Positions 12,484 to 26,161 of a stretch of 64,000 nt of DNA are shown here, in pieces. The stretch comes from Phyllosticta citribraziliensis (taxonomy: Eukaryota), in assembly GCF_038025025.1 (NCBI RefSeq), contig NW_027117344.1, forward strand, positions 806,001 to 870,000, written 5' to 3'. The notes beneath the pieces are model-generated. The model was not told where the DNA came from. It did no database searches and saw only the letters and a list, made by a program, of their open reading frames with translations. Positions within the stretch are counted from its first letter, which is position 1. Every line of letters begins with the position of its first letter. A program made the translations under genes and the position numbers.

Positions 12484-15400
12484 TTACACGCTAACATTGC
12501 CCGGGTCATCATCCATGACCAATCCATCGTCCCACCCATCGACCGTCATGCCGTGGCCTAGGTCGCCTTCACCAAGGCTGAGACCTTCGCACTCGCCCCG
12601 CTCCACGTACTCTTTGCCCTGGTGCATATCGCGCCAGATGCGCTGGAAGTACATGCGCAGGGTTCGCAGACCTCGTAGATAGCCTCTGTCGACACCATCA
12701 GGATTGGATGGTGGACAAGGGACGTCCTCGGGAAGCTTGTCTTCGGCGGTGACGCAGTTTGCAAAGTCGACAATCTTGAGCTTAATTTCCGGCCTGGTTG
12801 GCTTTTTGCCCACCTCGACTGTCTTTGGCCCAGCCTTGCCGTCAGTACCATTCGCTGCTTCCTGGGTGTCAGCATCGGAAATGTCGCTGTGATCATACAA
12901 CATGAGCAGACTGCTTGCATAGAATCTGTAGCCCGGCAAGCCGCGTATCATGCGCTCAAGCTGTGCAATCTTTTCCAGGATTACCGGTATGTGCTTGGTC
13001 GCACTGGTGTAGCCGTGGCCATCGAAGAAGAAGCGGGTGAGGGCATCCTGGAATTCTTTGCCGGCCTTCAAGTCGCGTCCAAAGTACTTGTCCTCGAAGA
13101 TGTAAGACTGCTTTTTGGCGTTCCAGACTTGCATGCCGCAGACGCGGACGCCTAGCTGGCGTGACGTGGTCATTTGGCACTTGCGTCTTTGAGAGCGTTG
13201 CTTTTTCTCGCTGGCCTCGATGCCATACTGGCGCGTGCCCATCTTGAGATCGAGGACGCAAGGCCGCGACATGCCGGCGGTGAGATCTTCCAGTAGAATA
13301 AAGTGTTGGACCCTCTCGTCAGACTGGACGGATTGCTTTGGGTTTTGAGGGCTGTCGATTGGTGCCGGCGGCAGGAAGCGGGGAGCGGAGATGGGAGCAG
13401 GAAGCATTTCTAGACTGCTAGAAATTTGGATGCCATTCTTCGTCGGCGAAACCAACGCACCGTTTTGGTCATTGGCTGCAGACTTCTCCTCGTCCATAGT
13501 GAAGACGTCTTCCTCTCGATCGCCTCCATAACCATCTTCCTCATGGTACTCGAGATCGCCTCGAGACTCGCTGTCGATCTCGCGCAGCCTTCGTCGAAGT
13601 CCACCGCCAGAGTGACGCCGCCGTGGCCTCTGATTGTTCATGTTGCTGGGCACAGCCTTCTCCTCGACGTCCTTGACCGAGTCTAGGCCTTTGAGCTGCG
13701 GCAGAGAGGGAAACCTTTCGAGAGACCTGCTTTCTCCTCCTCTACTACCATCTCCTTCGTACTGCTCTGGGAAATGACGTTCAGTCTCAGCCAACAGGAC
13801 CTGCTTTCGCGGGTTCTGCTCGTCCTGAGAGCGCCTGACCATCACGTCAGTGCTCCCTCTGCGACCTAAGGGACTTGCCCCGTTCAAGTCCGCTGAGTTT
13901 AGCCCGCGCTTTCGACCAGGCAAGCTGTGGTGGTTGCGATCATGCCGGTAGTGATGGTGGATTGTCGGAGGCGTAAAAACCTCTTTAAGCACCTGCTCAC
14001 GCAGCCTGTTATTCACGGTGGTGGCACCCCAACTTGTATTGTGCCTCAGCTCGGGTCTGCTTGGACTTGCTTTGGAAGATGATTTTCCTGACCTCTGAGC
14101 TTCCATGCTTAGATGCCGTCGGTGCTGTTGTGATAGTAGAGAAGCATCCCCAGTGTGTGGTCTTGGAGCACTGGGGCGAGGAGGCAGGTGGAATAGATTT
14201 TCTGGAATGATATGCCTATTGTTCTCAAAGATCACTTGTGGCACTGGCAGTATCTGTTGCGAATGGCTTACAACTCGCGGTTGAGGATCAGATACACCAT
14301 TCGACTTCACTGGGGACTCAAGTTCAGATTGAACTGCCTCAAATGCCTTATTGTGATGCTTTTCAGGCTCCTGCTCCTTGGTAGAGTCTTTGGCTGCCTT
14401 TTTCTTCTTCGGCGCTTTCCGATAAGTTACGTTCAGCACTCCAATGTACCTGCAATCAGACAGTCAGCCAAAATCAATAACTTGGTCGGCACCAATGTGG
14501 ATAGCTGGGGGTCTTGCGCCCAAGTTTCAGCTTTCAACCCTGGCGCAGGGGACAAGGTTTCCTCACCTTGGCAAGAAATCAAGCAACTCGGGATGGTTTC
14601 GTTCCACTGTTTCGTAAAACTCATTCTCCCTGTTGTTCAGCTGCTTACAAACGGCACGCCGGGAGAAGCGGTACACCGTTGAGTGACCGCCAACTTGGTG
14701 GTCGTACGGCTTGAGTTCAACCGCGCCAAGCGGAGCAGTCGGACGGCGTCGGTGGTGATGGTGGTGGGGTTTGGGCGTAGAGGTCCCGCTTAGTTTGTAA
14801 GAGTCTTGGGTTGGAGTCGTGCCCAATTCTTCGGTCGCACTCTCGTAACCATGGGCCGATCGGACTGACTCGTCCCACGATTCGCACTCAGATTCAGAGT
14901 GTGAAACGGACTGCTCCGATTCCGAGACGAGAGTTTCGGGCCTTTCGACCTCTGCTGGTTGCGGAGGGCGCTTCAAATCGCCATGGAGGTATTGCTCTTC
15001 GTCTTGCGTTTGCAAAGAGATCTGTACTTCGTCTGGAGTAGGCGTTGTTTCCCTGTCCTGTCGACTGGGGCCTCTCGAGACATCCTCAGGGAGATCGGTC
15101 TCGACTCTTGCAGGACTCAGCTCAGCGGGCGGACCTTTGGTCGGCGTCAGTTGTCGATGGGGAATGTAGAGAGCAGACGAGATGTGCTCTTTCTCAGATT
15201 CGTCATCCTCGTCTGTGGCATTAGCCTTTTCCTCAGCCGAGCTTCTGGTATCGCCAAAGTAGTCATTAGGTTCGTTCCCGCTCAAGTCCGCAATAGGCTT
15301 CGCCGGAGAGTCCTTGGCACGCTCCGATCCGGTGGTGGGAAGGCTTCGGGAAAACGAAGATCCTCTTTCAGCACCCGGCGTCAGGTTGTGATAATTGCGA

Positions 15401-16611
15401 ATTTCCTCGAGCAGATTGATGGGAATAGGATGGTGCGTTTGCCTTGGGCGATTTCCTGGGCTCTCTGCCGCAAAATCGACTTCGGGGAGACTTTTTGGGG
15501 TTTTCCGAGGCGTCTCTGGAAGCGGTGATTTTCTTGGCGATCCCAGAGCAGGTTCAGGGAGATGGCTCTCTCTTACGGGCAAAAGTATAGCCGAATCAAG
15601 TCCCTTTTCGGCCTTGGGAGTTGGTGGATGCCCGTCATGAGAGACAGCCGGTGCGTCTCGGCCGTCGTTGGAGAAATCAATGGCCGAGCGATCCTTCTCC
15701 CGCTTCTTCTGCTCTTGAGCGGCTTCATTTTCCTTGAACAGTCCCAAGTAGTGGCTAGCTTTGCGGCTTCGCGCAGCGACACTCGGTTCGGCTTTTGGAA
15801 GAGTGGCTTCAATCTTCTTGTCTACCCGTGTGCCACTGCCTTCTTTTACGCTTTGATGTGCAGACATGCTCAACGCAGGCTTGCCTTCCCGCCACGAGCG
15901 ATACCGAACCCGTTCATCGTTGTCCGAAGACTCGTGCTCTGCAGGCTGCTCGCGCAAGGTGGTGCGCGTCCTCTTGAGGTTGTCGAGGGTGTCGGTGGTG
16001 GTTGAGTGGTCTTGCTGGGCCACTGGCGCAAACCGGCCGGCGTCCAGAAACTTGCTTATCAGGGCTTCCTTTGATTGCCTTCGCTGTGCCTCGGGCTGTG
16101 GGCTCTGAGCATTCTGGGCGAACTTGTGGAGCTCGTCAGCAAAGGCGGCGCAATCTGGTGGCGTGGCCGGCGAAGGGCGCGAGGGGGTGTAGTAGTGGTG
16201 AGGTTGGCGGAGGAGAGGAGGATCGACGAGTTTCCTGAAGTGGGATACCTCTGCCATGTCTTCCGAGGGAGATTGATCTTGAGGAGGGTCCTGCGGACTG
16301 CTTGGTTCAAAGCGTGGTTGCAAATTGGGCGAGTCAGCAGGACTGTCGGTCGTAACGTAGTTTGTTGCAAAGATGCTGTCGCGCTCCGACAGCTGAGGGC
16401 CGGCGGAGGGATACAGGGCCTCGAGGGACAGCGGGGCAGTCCTGGAGCGGCCCGTTTGCGAGAGCTTCTTGGGGGTCACGACAGCGTCGTGGTCGCAGGT
16501 CGGCGACGGGGAGGGCGGCGGCGAGACATGGTGGCGGTCCCGGGAATTTCTGTTGGACCTCACCGGGATGGAAGGTGAGGTATTATCCGAAGCAGGAGGA
16601 ACGGAGGACAT
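12484..16611 (-). CDS. KCS1: Inositol hexakisphosphate kinase (IPK family)
   Basis: [47 protein letters not shown] and GYLRGL motifs; intron 14566-14450 joins ..FLPR to YIGVLNV; long disordered N-terminus typical of Kcs1. First in-frame ATG at 16611. Confidence 0.92.
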
Positions 16612-16863
16612 GGAGCGTACATTGGTCAGACTTGACGGGCTCGTGGCTGGATTGGTTGGCTGACGTGCTGTGGTGGGTCGGAGAGTTGAAGGAGTGAAGA
16701 AGTTGGCTTTCCTTGGAGCGATGGCTGCGCAGCGCACGGGTGCCAGGGCGCGCCGGGACAGCCGATAAGGCTCGACGGGGGGGAGGATGCGTGTACCTTG
16801 GGGGACAAGGCGTGGGACAGGGGGAGAGGAGAGGCGAGCGAGGGTTGCGGTGCAGCGCCGGAT

Positions 16864-16884
16864 GGGGGGGGGGGGGGGGGGGGG
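16864..16884. repeat. Poly-G(21) homopolymer upstream of KCS1
   Basis: 21 consecutive G on the + strand inside a G-rich tract. Confidence 0.95.
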
Positions 16885-18533
16885 TTGCTTGGGCAGCGCT
16901 GGGGAGTGGAGGGTGGGTTAGGTTAGGTGGTGGTGGTTGTGGAGGAGGAAGCGGAAGTTGGTGTGGAGGGAGAAAGTGCAGTGAGTGGCCAAGCCCGAGC
17001 CAGCGCCCACGCCCACACCCACACCCACCACCTCACGAACCGGAACCACCTTAGGCACTGACTCGGTGCTGGCTGCCTCTCAGATCTGCCCGCGCCCTCT
17101 GCGACTGGACTGTTGCACCGCTCAGAGCGCGTGGCCGGCTCACGTTTGCGTCGTTTCATGATGCTCACCGATTCTCTTCCAATGGTCCAAGAACGTGCCC
17201 GCTGACATGGCGAACTGCAAGGGGCCCATGGCCACAGATGGCGACCTCATTCAACGAACCCAAAGCTACATTACCTGCCTACCTACTCAACAACCGTACC
17301 TGGCTACCTGTATGTGGCTGCGGCACATTCGGGCTCCAACTTGGACAGGGCTGAGGAAAACCGAACAAGCCTCTTCTCAAGCCGCTAGTTCGACGCCCCA
17401 GGAACCTCTCTGTTTCGCATCCGGACGTCGACTCCCAAAAAAAGAAAACACTCGAGTTTCAGCGCCCTTTCGGCTTGTCGCCAGTCCCAGATGCACGCGA
17501 TTGCCGTAAGGCTCGCTATTCGCTGCCGCGGCCGACGTCAAGTACTGTACGGTACCACGCTGCGGCCATGCAATGTGAAATGCAAAATGCAAATGACGAC
17601 ATTGGACGCACGGCTCCATGCTACCCGTCCGCTGAGGTGCCATCGGCCATTGCTCTGACTAAAATCATCTAAGCCGGACGCACTCACTACTGCCGTACCA
17701 GCTGAGCCATATATCCATGCCGACCGCCACTGACGACCAAAGACTGACATGTTGAGCAGCTGGAGAGGTTCAGTTGCTACTGCAGCCACGGACCATGTCC
17801 GTCATCAGCCCACCAGAAACCCGCTGGCGATCCTTGTCCCCTGCAACTGCAGCGCCTCCACCGTCCGTCTCTGCCGCCTTCGCTACGCCCTCGCTTCACT
17901 CCTGCAGCTGCGAACCCTTTGAAATTCTGTCAGCCTGCCCTGCCTTTGCTTCGTGGTCCTCGTTTTGCGACACGGCTGCCATTGAAAAGGAACCAAGCCC
18001 AAGCCTGGCCATCAAATGCTGACCTGAGCAACTATTCTGTCGCATCACCATTCCCTAGCATCATCTACCTTGATGGTCTTAGTGATGGAAACCCCCATCA
18101 CTAACCCGCGACTCATGCAAACGCGGGGTTCCGGACAGTCATATAATAGGTCGACACTTTGATATCCATGGTCGCACGACGCTCGCTCATCGTGAGCATT
18201 TCTTTTTCAACTGAAAGCAAGAAGAGACTCTAGCATTGCCGAACGGTCCTTCATCGTGACCTCTGTTCTTCGGCTGGCTTATCGGTCAACATGGCGGCTT
18301 CGAGTCAATTCCCTCCATCTGCAGGAATATGGCCCGCAGTCCGCATTTGGTCTACCGTACTGATGTCCCGCACATAGGCGCTGACTAGAATCGATATCAA
18401 CTGCCCACCACTTTCGAGTCACCATGCTCCTTCTCCGCTCAGATAACCTCGTCCCCTCTCGTCCAATCTACATTCTTGAACCTTCCAATTGCCCACACCG
18501 CTACTTTTTTTCCCCCATCATTCGCAAGCAACG

Positions 18534-19564
18534 ATGCCGAAATTCTACCCCTCCATCAGCGATGATCTCAAAGACTGGCTGCTCTCGCAACCCTTGTTCT
18601 TCGTCGCATCGGCGCCATTGACGGGCGCCCACATCAACCTCTCGCCCAAGGGTCTCCCCTCGCAGTCGCTGGCCGTGCTGGGGCCGAACCAAGTAGCGTA
18701 CCTGGACGCCACGGGCTCGGGCTGCGAGACCATATCGCACATTTACGAAAATGGGCGCGTGACGCTCATGGCCTGCAGCTTTGGCACGGTGCCGCGCATC
18801 ATGCGCCTGTTTTGCACGGGGCGGGTGATTGAAAAGGGCGCCAGCGCAGACGATTTTGAAGCGTGGTTGACGCGGACTGGCATCAAGCACGGCGTGGATG
18901 CGTGCAGAGCCGTCATTGTGCTGGACGTGTTCAAGGTGAGTACACACACATACATTACACACAGATACTTTTGGCCGGGAGCCCCGCGATTGGTCGAATA
19001 AAGTGGATGGGCGAAGAAGCAGTGAGACAAGAACTACGTAAATGGGCATCACAAGCACCGCCGTCTCTTCTTTGCACCCGACTAATGCACGCCCTCCCCA
19101 CACAGGTGCAAACCTCGTGCGGCTACGGCGTCCCCGTCGTCAACAACAACAACAACAACACCAACACCAATTCGCCGCCACGTCCCTCATCCCCGGAGGC
19201 GACCAGTCGCACAGCAGCGGCGGCAGCAGACCCGGAAGCACAGTCGCAGCACCCCCCACACCAGCGCGCCTTCACGGACCGGCCGACGCTGGGCAGCTTT
19301 TCCCGCAAGCTGGCCGCCAAGCAGCCCAACGCCATTCTCGACTACCAGGTGCAAAACAACGTGCGCAGCCTGGACGGCATCCCCGGGCTACGCACGGCGC
19401 GCGCGGCCAAGGGCGAGTGGGTCGGCCTCGTCGAGTCCAAGGCGAGGGCGCGGCGCGTTGTTAGCGCCCAGTGGGAGGGCGTGTTGGTGGGGTTGGTCGT
19501 CGCCGTTGCGGCGGCGGCGCTGTTGAGTTGGTTGGGGTGGTTGAGGGTGGAGATTGTGGGTTGA
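18534..19564 (+). CDS. Pyridoxamine 5'-phosphate oxidase-like FMN-binding split-barrel protein with a C-terminal TM helix
   Basis: MPKFY..FFVASAP..G.HINLSPKG, YLDATGSGCETISHIYENGRVTLM, PRIMRLF; intron 18936-19105 joins VFK to VQTSCGYGVP; N..SLDGIPGL; hydrophobic tail. Confidence 0.9.
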
Positions 19565-20342
19565 ATGTAGGTGCGACTGCGGTAGCGGAAGACAGCTCCC
19601 TGAGTGCGGCTGTGGTGGTGAACGAATGCTTCCTGGGATGCGTTTGGGAAGAGGTGGAGACTAGTAGGGGTTATTGATGGGGCACGAGGAGGATGACGGC
19701 GTAGGGTTTGGTAGGCGTAAGAACAAGTAAAAAGGTATACAGTCCTATGATTCATGCTTCTTTTTCTGCCCCCTATGCACAGTGGGTGTCGACAGGAATG
19801 AGAGCTCCTGTCTTTGCGGCTGTGTGCAGGGAGCGTTCTTTCTTGCCAACAGATGCACTTTGGGAGCAACCATCTGCTCTTGTAGATGAGCAAGGGAGCT
19901 ATCGTCATTGCTAGAGCTAAATCAATGGAATCTTATTACTCTCGACACCTGTTGTGCCACTGATTCTTGACCTTCTTATCCCTTTCCCCTGACCGCCTGA
20001 AAAAAGACCCCTTCTAACTCCGATTCTCGCAAGACAGTGACTTTGCTCGTCTCACTGGCAAACAGCTTTTTCCTCGCATGCTCCAGGTGCATAATAGTTA
20101 CTGATACACGACATACAAACTTCCCATATCTCCTTTCCGAATTTCCCATCTCCCTTGAACATCTACGCCGCTGTCCTTTATCAACACCGAGATGTAGTAT
20201 TGTTCCTCAACAATGTCTCTCAGCGAGCAGATCAATCAGGCAGTCATTGATGATGAGGAAGGAAAGAAGAATACAAAGTAGATACACCACAGCTAGAAAT
20301 CTGCAAAGTTGGAATGGGAGCCAGACTCAACTCCAATCGCTT

Positions 20343-20452
<110 letters not shown>

Positions 20453-21891
20453 CATAGACATACATACCAAAGAAAGCAACACCCACGTCCATTTAAACCT
20501 CACCACCCACCTTGCTCCAATCCCCACCTTCTCCAACCGCACAGACAGCGGAGATAAAATGGACAAACACATATGAAAGCTGACGTATGAACTACCTGAT
20601 TGCCCCGTCTGCTTATCCACCCTACCACAATCACCTACCTACCTGTCAATGTTGTCGAACACGCTTCGATCCGCCTCCACCCACCCCACCCACAACACTC
20701 ACTTCGCACCACCCCTTCCTCCTCAGCGTTTACTAGCTTATGCCCCGGTATGGCGACATCGGTCAGACTGGATTGGTCAGTGGCGCCGCCGCGGCTCTTG
20801 AATCCTTTTCTTCAGCCTCTACTCCGGCCGACAGCCCCCCGCCACGGCCGTCTCCTCCTTCCTTCCTTCAGTCATTTCATTTCTCCATTCCTTTCCTTTC
20901 CTTCCGTCCTTCCGTGCTTCCGTTTCTGCCTAGTGGCTGTGGCGGTGGCGCAAAGAGCGGAGGGAGAGTTAGGCGGGTTAGGTGGTAGCTAAGCTCGCCC
21001 TTTAATGTCGTTGTCGAGCGTCGATCTGTTGTTATTGTTGTTGATGTTGTTGTTGTTGCTGTCTGTGGCAGTGATGAGTTTAGGTGGCGATCGCGAGGTG
21101 TGTTGTGTTGTGTGGGGAAAGGAGTGTGAGGGAGAAATGCAGATGCGTCCAAGTTTGCGTGTAGATGGATCGTGAAATAATCGGCCAAGTCACCGCTCAC
21201 TAATCAATAAGCATGGAGATGTTGTCAAAAAGGGGTTTCGCATTTTCAGCGTGCGTACATGAGACGATCGACCAACCATCCAACCATTCGTCCACCGTCC
21301 CACTGAAAAGTTTTGTCCGCATCCATCGTCTGCCTCTATTCGCTCCCACGCAAACAAGCAATCCGCACTCAGTTGGCCCAAAAGTAAGAAAAGACGGCAA
21401 ACCAAAAAGAAAAAGCAAACCCAATGAGAAAACCGCAGAACCAAGTGACAGAGTAGACAAACGCCATCTCCATGAGTCAAAGTAAGTGTTGTGCAAACGC
21501 CGGTTCGTGATGCTGCTAATGCTGCTGCTGCCGCTGCCGCTGAGTGTTTGTGGTACGTAGCTCGCCCCGTTTGAAACCGCAGTGAGGCCATGTCTTGATC
21601 CGGGGTGGTGGTCCTTTATATGTATGTATATGCATTTGTGGGGCTGTGGCTCGTCGACAAACAAACACTGGAGGCTGGAGAGGTTTTTTTGTTCAAAAGG
21701 ATAAGAAAAGGGAAGCAAAGCAGTACACCCGAGAACAAACAAACGCACCAACAAGTCGACCGACCGGCACCCAACATGAGAATTGCAGCAGCCAAGAGGA
21801 CAGATAATAGAGATTATTTGCAAGTCGTAGGGGGCACGCACGCCCCACTGGGAAGAGGGAAAGGGGGGGAAGCGTCTAGACATTTCATTCA

Positions 21892-23373
21892 TTACACCTG
21901 CTCAATGAAGTTGGATGTTCGTGAGCTGGTGGAGCCTTGTCGCTGCTTCTTTTGCAGCTTCTTCGGCTGCTGCGCCGCATCATTCTGGGGCACTTGGGGA
22001 AAAGTGCCGGGCTTGAGAATCTCAAACCCCGAGTTCACTTTGCGCAGGACCTGCGTGCTTTGCTGGGCGTCGTGAGCATCGCTGTCCATGTACTCTTCGT
22101 CGTAGTCGAGGTTTGGCCGACGGGGTTGGTAAGATTCGAGAAGCGGTTGACCCTGCACAGTGGCGTTTTCGGGGTGGCTGTCGCGGGTAGGGCTGGCAAG
22201 GTTGATTTCCGACGGCGACATGAAAGGGTTTGCCGCATCGTACCCTGCAGGAAGAGGGGGCAGAGGCTCAGAGTCAACAGATGGCAGGGATGGTGGGCCA
22301 GACGAAGAGGGATAGCGGATGTGGGAGACGTCGATCGAGTAGTTGCTGTACCCAGACTGGCTCGTCTTTCGGCGCTCGCGGCGTGCAAGGGAGCCTGTCT
22401 CAGCAACGTGGGACATGCGGTGGCTTTGCAGCAGGCGAAGGTCGGCGCGAGGGTCTTTGGAGTTGGGAGATGTCCGGATAGTTTCAGGAGAAGTGCTCAG
22501 GTAGCTATCGTCGGTGTAGCTCTGTTGGTGGCGGTAGTGGTCAAAGGTCGCCGTTGACGCGCGAGGTTGATCGATGTCTTCAAAATAAGCTCATCAGTAA
22601 GCTGCCAAGTCATTCCGCGCCGCTGTTTCAACTCACCACCACGTTCGCTCGCCGTAGACCTCGTGTCATAGGTGTCTCCCTCATTTTTCAAGACAGTGGC
22701 GCTGTACCGCGAATACGCCGTCGGAGGCGGACGGTGCTGGCGTGCCTTTCCTGCACCGATGGAATCCGGAGGCGACGTATCCCTGGGGTAGTCATTCGGC
22801 AGGCGTTCGGCAGACACGGCGCGGTCAAAGGCCGACGGACGCGAAGAGGAGGCAACGCTCGAAGGACCGGCAGAGTGAGGAATTTCGTAAGAGGCGGATC
22901 TGATGTTGACGACGGGCGGCTCGGGCTGCTGCTTTTCGAAAACAGAGTTGGTTGGACTCCTGTTGGCAGGCGTATTGGCTCCCGAAATCCACACACCCTC
23001 GACCTCGATGCCGCTCTGGATGGCCTTGATTCCAAACGGGATTTCTTCCTCCTTTTTACCACGCATGCCGGACTCGACCATTTGCGGTTCTTGCTGGGCC
23101 CTGGCGCCGGGGGCGGGGGTGTTGAACTTCTTCATCTTGCGGTAGGTATATGCCACCTTGACGTAGCCAGCAGCGATGGTAAGGACCTATCAAGGTTAGC
23201 GGCCGCGAACGACAAGATGCCAGAAGCCGAAGAGGTCGTACAATTGCAGCGGCAAGGACCTAGGAGAGGACAGTGTTAGCAGTCGGAACGGGTACCACGG
23301 CACGGGAGGGGCCGCGACTCACAAAGGTCATTTGTTGCCACAAGGGCCAGTCCACGAAGAAGGTCTTGGCCAT
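21892..23373 (-). CDS. Fungal single-pass membrane protein of unknown function
   Basis: Exons 23373-23323 (MAKTFFVDWPLWQQMTF), 23259-23242 (VLAAAI), 23186-22637 and 22577-21892; N-terminal TM segment, then IPFGIKAIQSGIEVEGVWIS, LQSHRMSHVAETG, LRKVNSGFEILKPG and KKLQKK motifs. Confidence 0.85.
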
Positions 23374-26161
23374 GGTTGGAGTGGGTCGAGCGATCACGCT
23401 CAGTGAAAAGGTGACCGGGAGGGGTCGAAAGAGTGAAGAGGAGAGCAAGAGGTAAGGCGTAGGGCGGGTAGGAGGCGAGGCTAAAGAAACGAGAGTGGAC
23501 GGGGAGGCTAAAAGAAGTACTGGGGGGTTAAAAGGACTCGAGTGGCAGGCGACGCAGGCAAGATGCGGACTGGAGTGGAGCTAAGAGGCGACGACCTGGA
23601 GGGCAGAGGTTTGGGAGTGGGCTTGGCAGTAAAAACGTGCTTGACCCGCGGCCTCTTAAGGCAAGAGCTTCTGGAAAGCCACCCGGGGCTGGCTCGTAAA
23701 GACCTTGGCAGGCCGGACTGGGTGGACCAGGAACAGGAACTAAAGGATTGAGGCTGAAAAAGCGGCGCGGACGGACAGGTCAAGGGCCAGGCCGTCGGTT
23801 ACCAGAGGAGTCGAGCAGGGCCAGAAGGGGAGCAGACGGGACCTGAGAGAGGGACTGGAGGGAGGGAGGGAGGGAGAGGATGACGTGCAGTACAAGCAGT
23901 GCGGTGCAATGGGAGCAAGCAGGTGGTGGCAATCAAAAGAGAACGTGTCTCCTGTCACGGCGGTTCGGTTGCATGGGCTGCAAAATTACGACCTGGCGCC
24001 AGGAGAGGGCGCGTCGGATTGGCGGTACAGCAGAATAAACGCCGTAATCACGCACACGAAGTCCTGGACCGGGATTGCTGCAGCACCATCCAATACATGC
24101 GACAGCGGGCGCTGGCTCAAGCGGGTCCCGGAAGAAAGCAGAGGGAAACAAAAGAGAGAGAGAGAGTAGATGGCGGGGCCCACGAGGGACGTCAAGCCGT
24201 GGCCGGTGGAGGCGTCGGGCGTAGTCGACCATGTCGTGGTGGTGGTGGTGGTGGTGGTTTGGACTGTGGTGCGACTGAGGCTGGGCCCCAGGGCCCCCAC
24301 AGCGGACATGGACCTGAGAGGGGGCCCTGGCTTCGCCTGATCTGCGTCTCGTCTGTCTGGAGAAGTGCCTCCATGTCTCCATGTCTCCATGTCTCTGCTG
24401 CCGACTATTTTGACCTCACCGCCCTGCCCTGCGCGATCAGATGCAGCCCTCTAATTTTAGGACGACACCACTCTGCCCGCGACGGCCTGCCTGACGCCCT
24501 CGCCTGCTCCCCTCCCCTCCCCTCCGCTCCCCGCGCTATTCCTTTTCGTCGCCTGGCCATGGCCCCAATATGGCCCTGATCCCGACCGTCGCCATGTGCG
24601 CCATCTTCAAGCGACATGGCCGCATGCAGTCGTGGTTCCATTGCACACACCTTTGGCCCTCTCCAGCTGCCAAGTTTGGCTCTTGCGCTGCGCTGCGGCT
24701 CATGCCTTGCCATTTTCTACCTCGCGTCAGCGCCAAGTGTTACAAATACTCCCGGCATGCCGTTGCTTTATTGACCTAGCGACCAGAACTTTCCGAGGGC
24801 TGGAAGCTGGATCCCTCTAATTGTCGCCAGACTCCACCTGTCGTCTCGACCGACTCTTCATCTTTTTCCCGGGCTCATCTCCTCCATTCCTACGAGTAGA
24901 ACCGACCCTGTCGCCACTGCTTCTGCCGTGTCAGCCTGCGTGGATCGGTTGAGCAGCTTACTTGCAGCAAAGACACACAATGTGTCCCTCAGCCTTATTC
25001 CATTTGGGCACGAGTCTTCGACATGCTCCCGAGAACCCCGAACGTGGTCGTTGCTAGAGCCCAGAAAGAACGAGGCGCACAATGAAATTGTCCTGCTGAG
25101 GCCATTGTCGGTACCCCCCAATCCGTTTCCGGCTTCTTCTAGCTACTCTATCCCTCTCGCCCTCGATACCCAGCAAGGAGGTGCGCGTTCCAGTCTCAGT
25201 CTCTTGCAGTCGGGTACCTTGCAGTCCACATGAGGCATTGGCAGGAATGTCGCCGTCGTCGAAAAATTCTTGCCTTTGCCCCCCATGCCTTGCTTTTCGA
25301 CAAGAGACAAGGTTCCCTGGACTTTGAATGGTCCGACTGACCATGAGAAGCGAGACATGCGACGTACACAGGCTGGCTATCGAGTACACAAGGCCACAGG
25401 TTTTGGTCCTAAACTTGCAGAGGCACCAGTGGCATGCAACCAAACAACATTATCCCACACCAAAAACAACGTGCAATGGTCGACGTGTCTTTGTGCCCAT
25501 CATGACGTCTCTCAACGGAGTGGGGTTGACCGAGGCCGCCCGTCCGTGGGATTCCATCGGCACGGAAGCAACCCCCATGTCTTGAATGACGGCATAACGG
25601 GACTCGGGCTGACGGTGCTCGCCGTCCGTGTCGCATCCCAAGGGTCCCGAATAGCGGCGGCAGTCAAATGGCAGCGGGCCGGCGCGGCAAGTCCAGGAAG
25701 TTTCGTCGTCTTTGTGCGTGGAGCGTCGACGGGAGACGGGGTGGGGCCAGGAAAGCCCTGTCGATCCTTTCGCGCTCCTTGCCTGATTATCCACAACGAC
25801 TGGTTGATGAGTGGCAACTCACCTCAGGCCCAGCTCTAGCTCCAGTCGAGTCGAGTCGCCCTCGTCCGTCGGGGCGGTGGCCGGTCGGTCCTGCTGAATG
25901 CCCTGGCTGTCACGGCCACTGCCACTGCCACCCGTTCGTTCATTGCGCCAGTCCGGCCTGCGCTGCGCTGCACTGCGCTGAGGTGCCCTGGCTGCCGCCA
26001 GCACTGCCCCCCGAAACGTCCGCTTCCTGTCTTCCTTTATCCACCCAGTCCTCCGTGCGCCAGACTTTATCTACTGCACACACTGCATTACCTTGCGCAA
26101 GCCTGGTTCCCATCTATTCCATCCATCTTCACCCCGCTCGCATTGACTGTCCGTCACAACA

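Noticed and set aside
16915..16930. GGGTTAGGTTAGG as an interstitial telomere or telomerase RNA template
   Set aside because: Not a run of perfect TTAGGG units, and I found no full TAACCCTAA-type template by eye.
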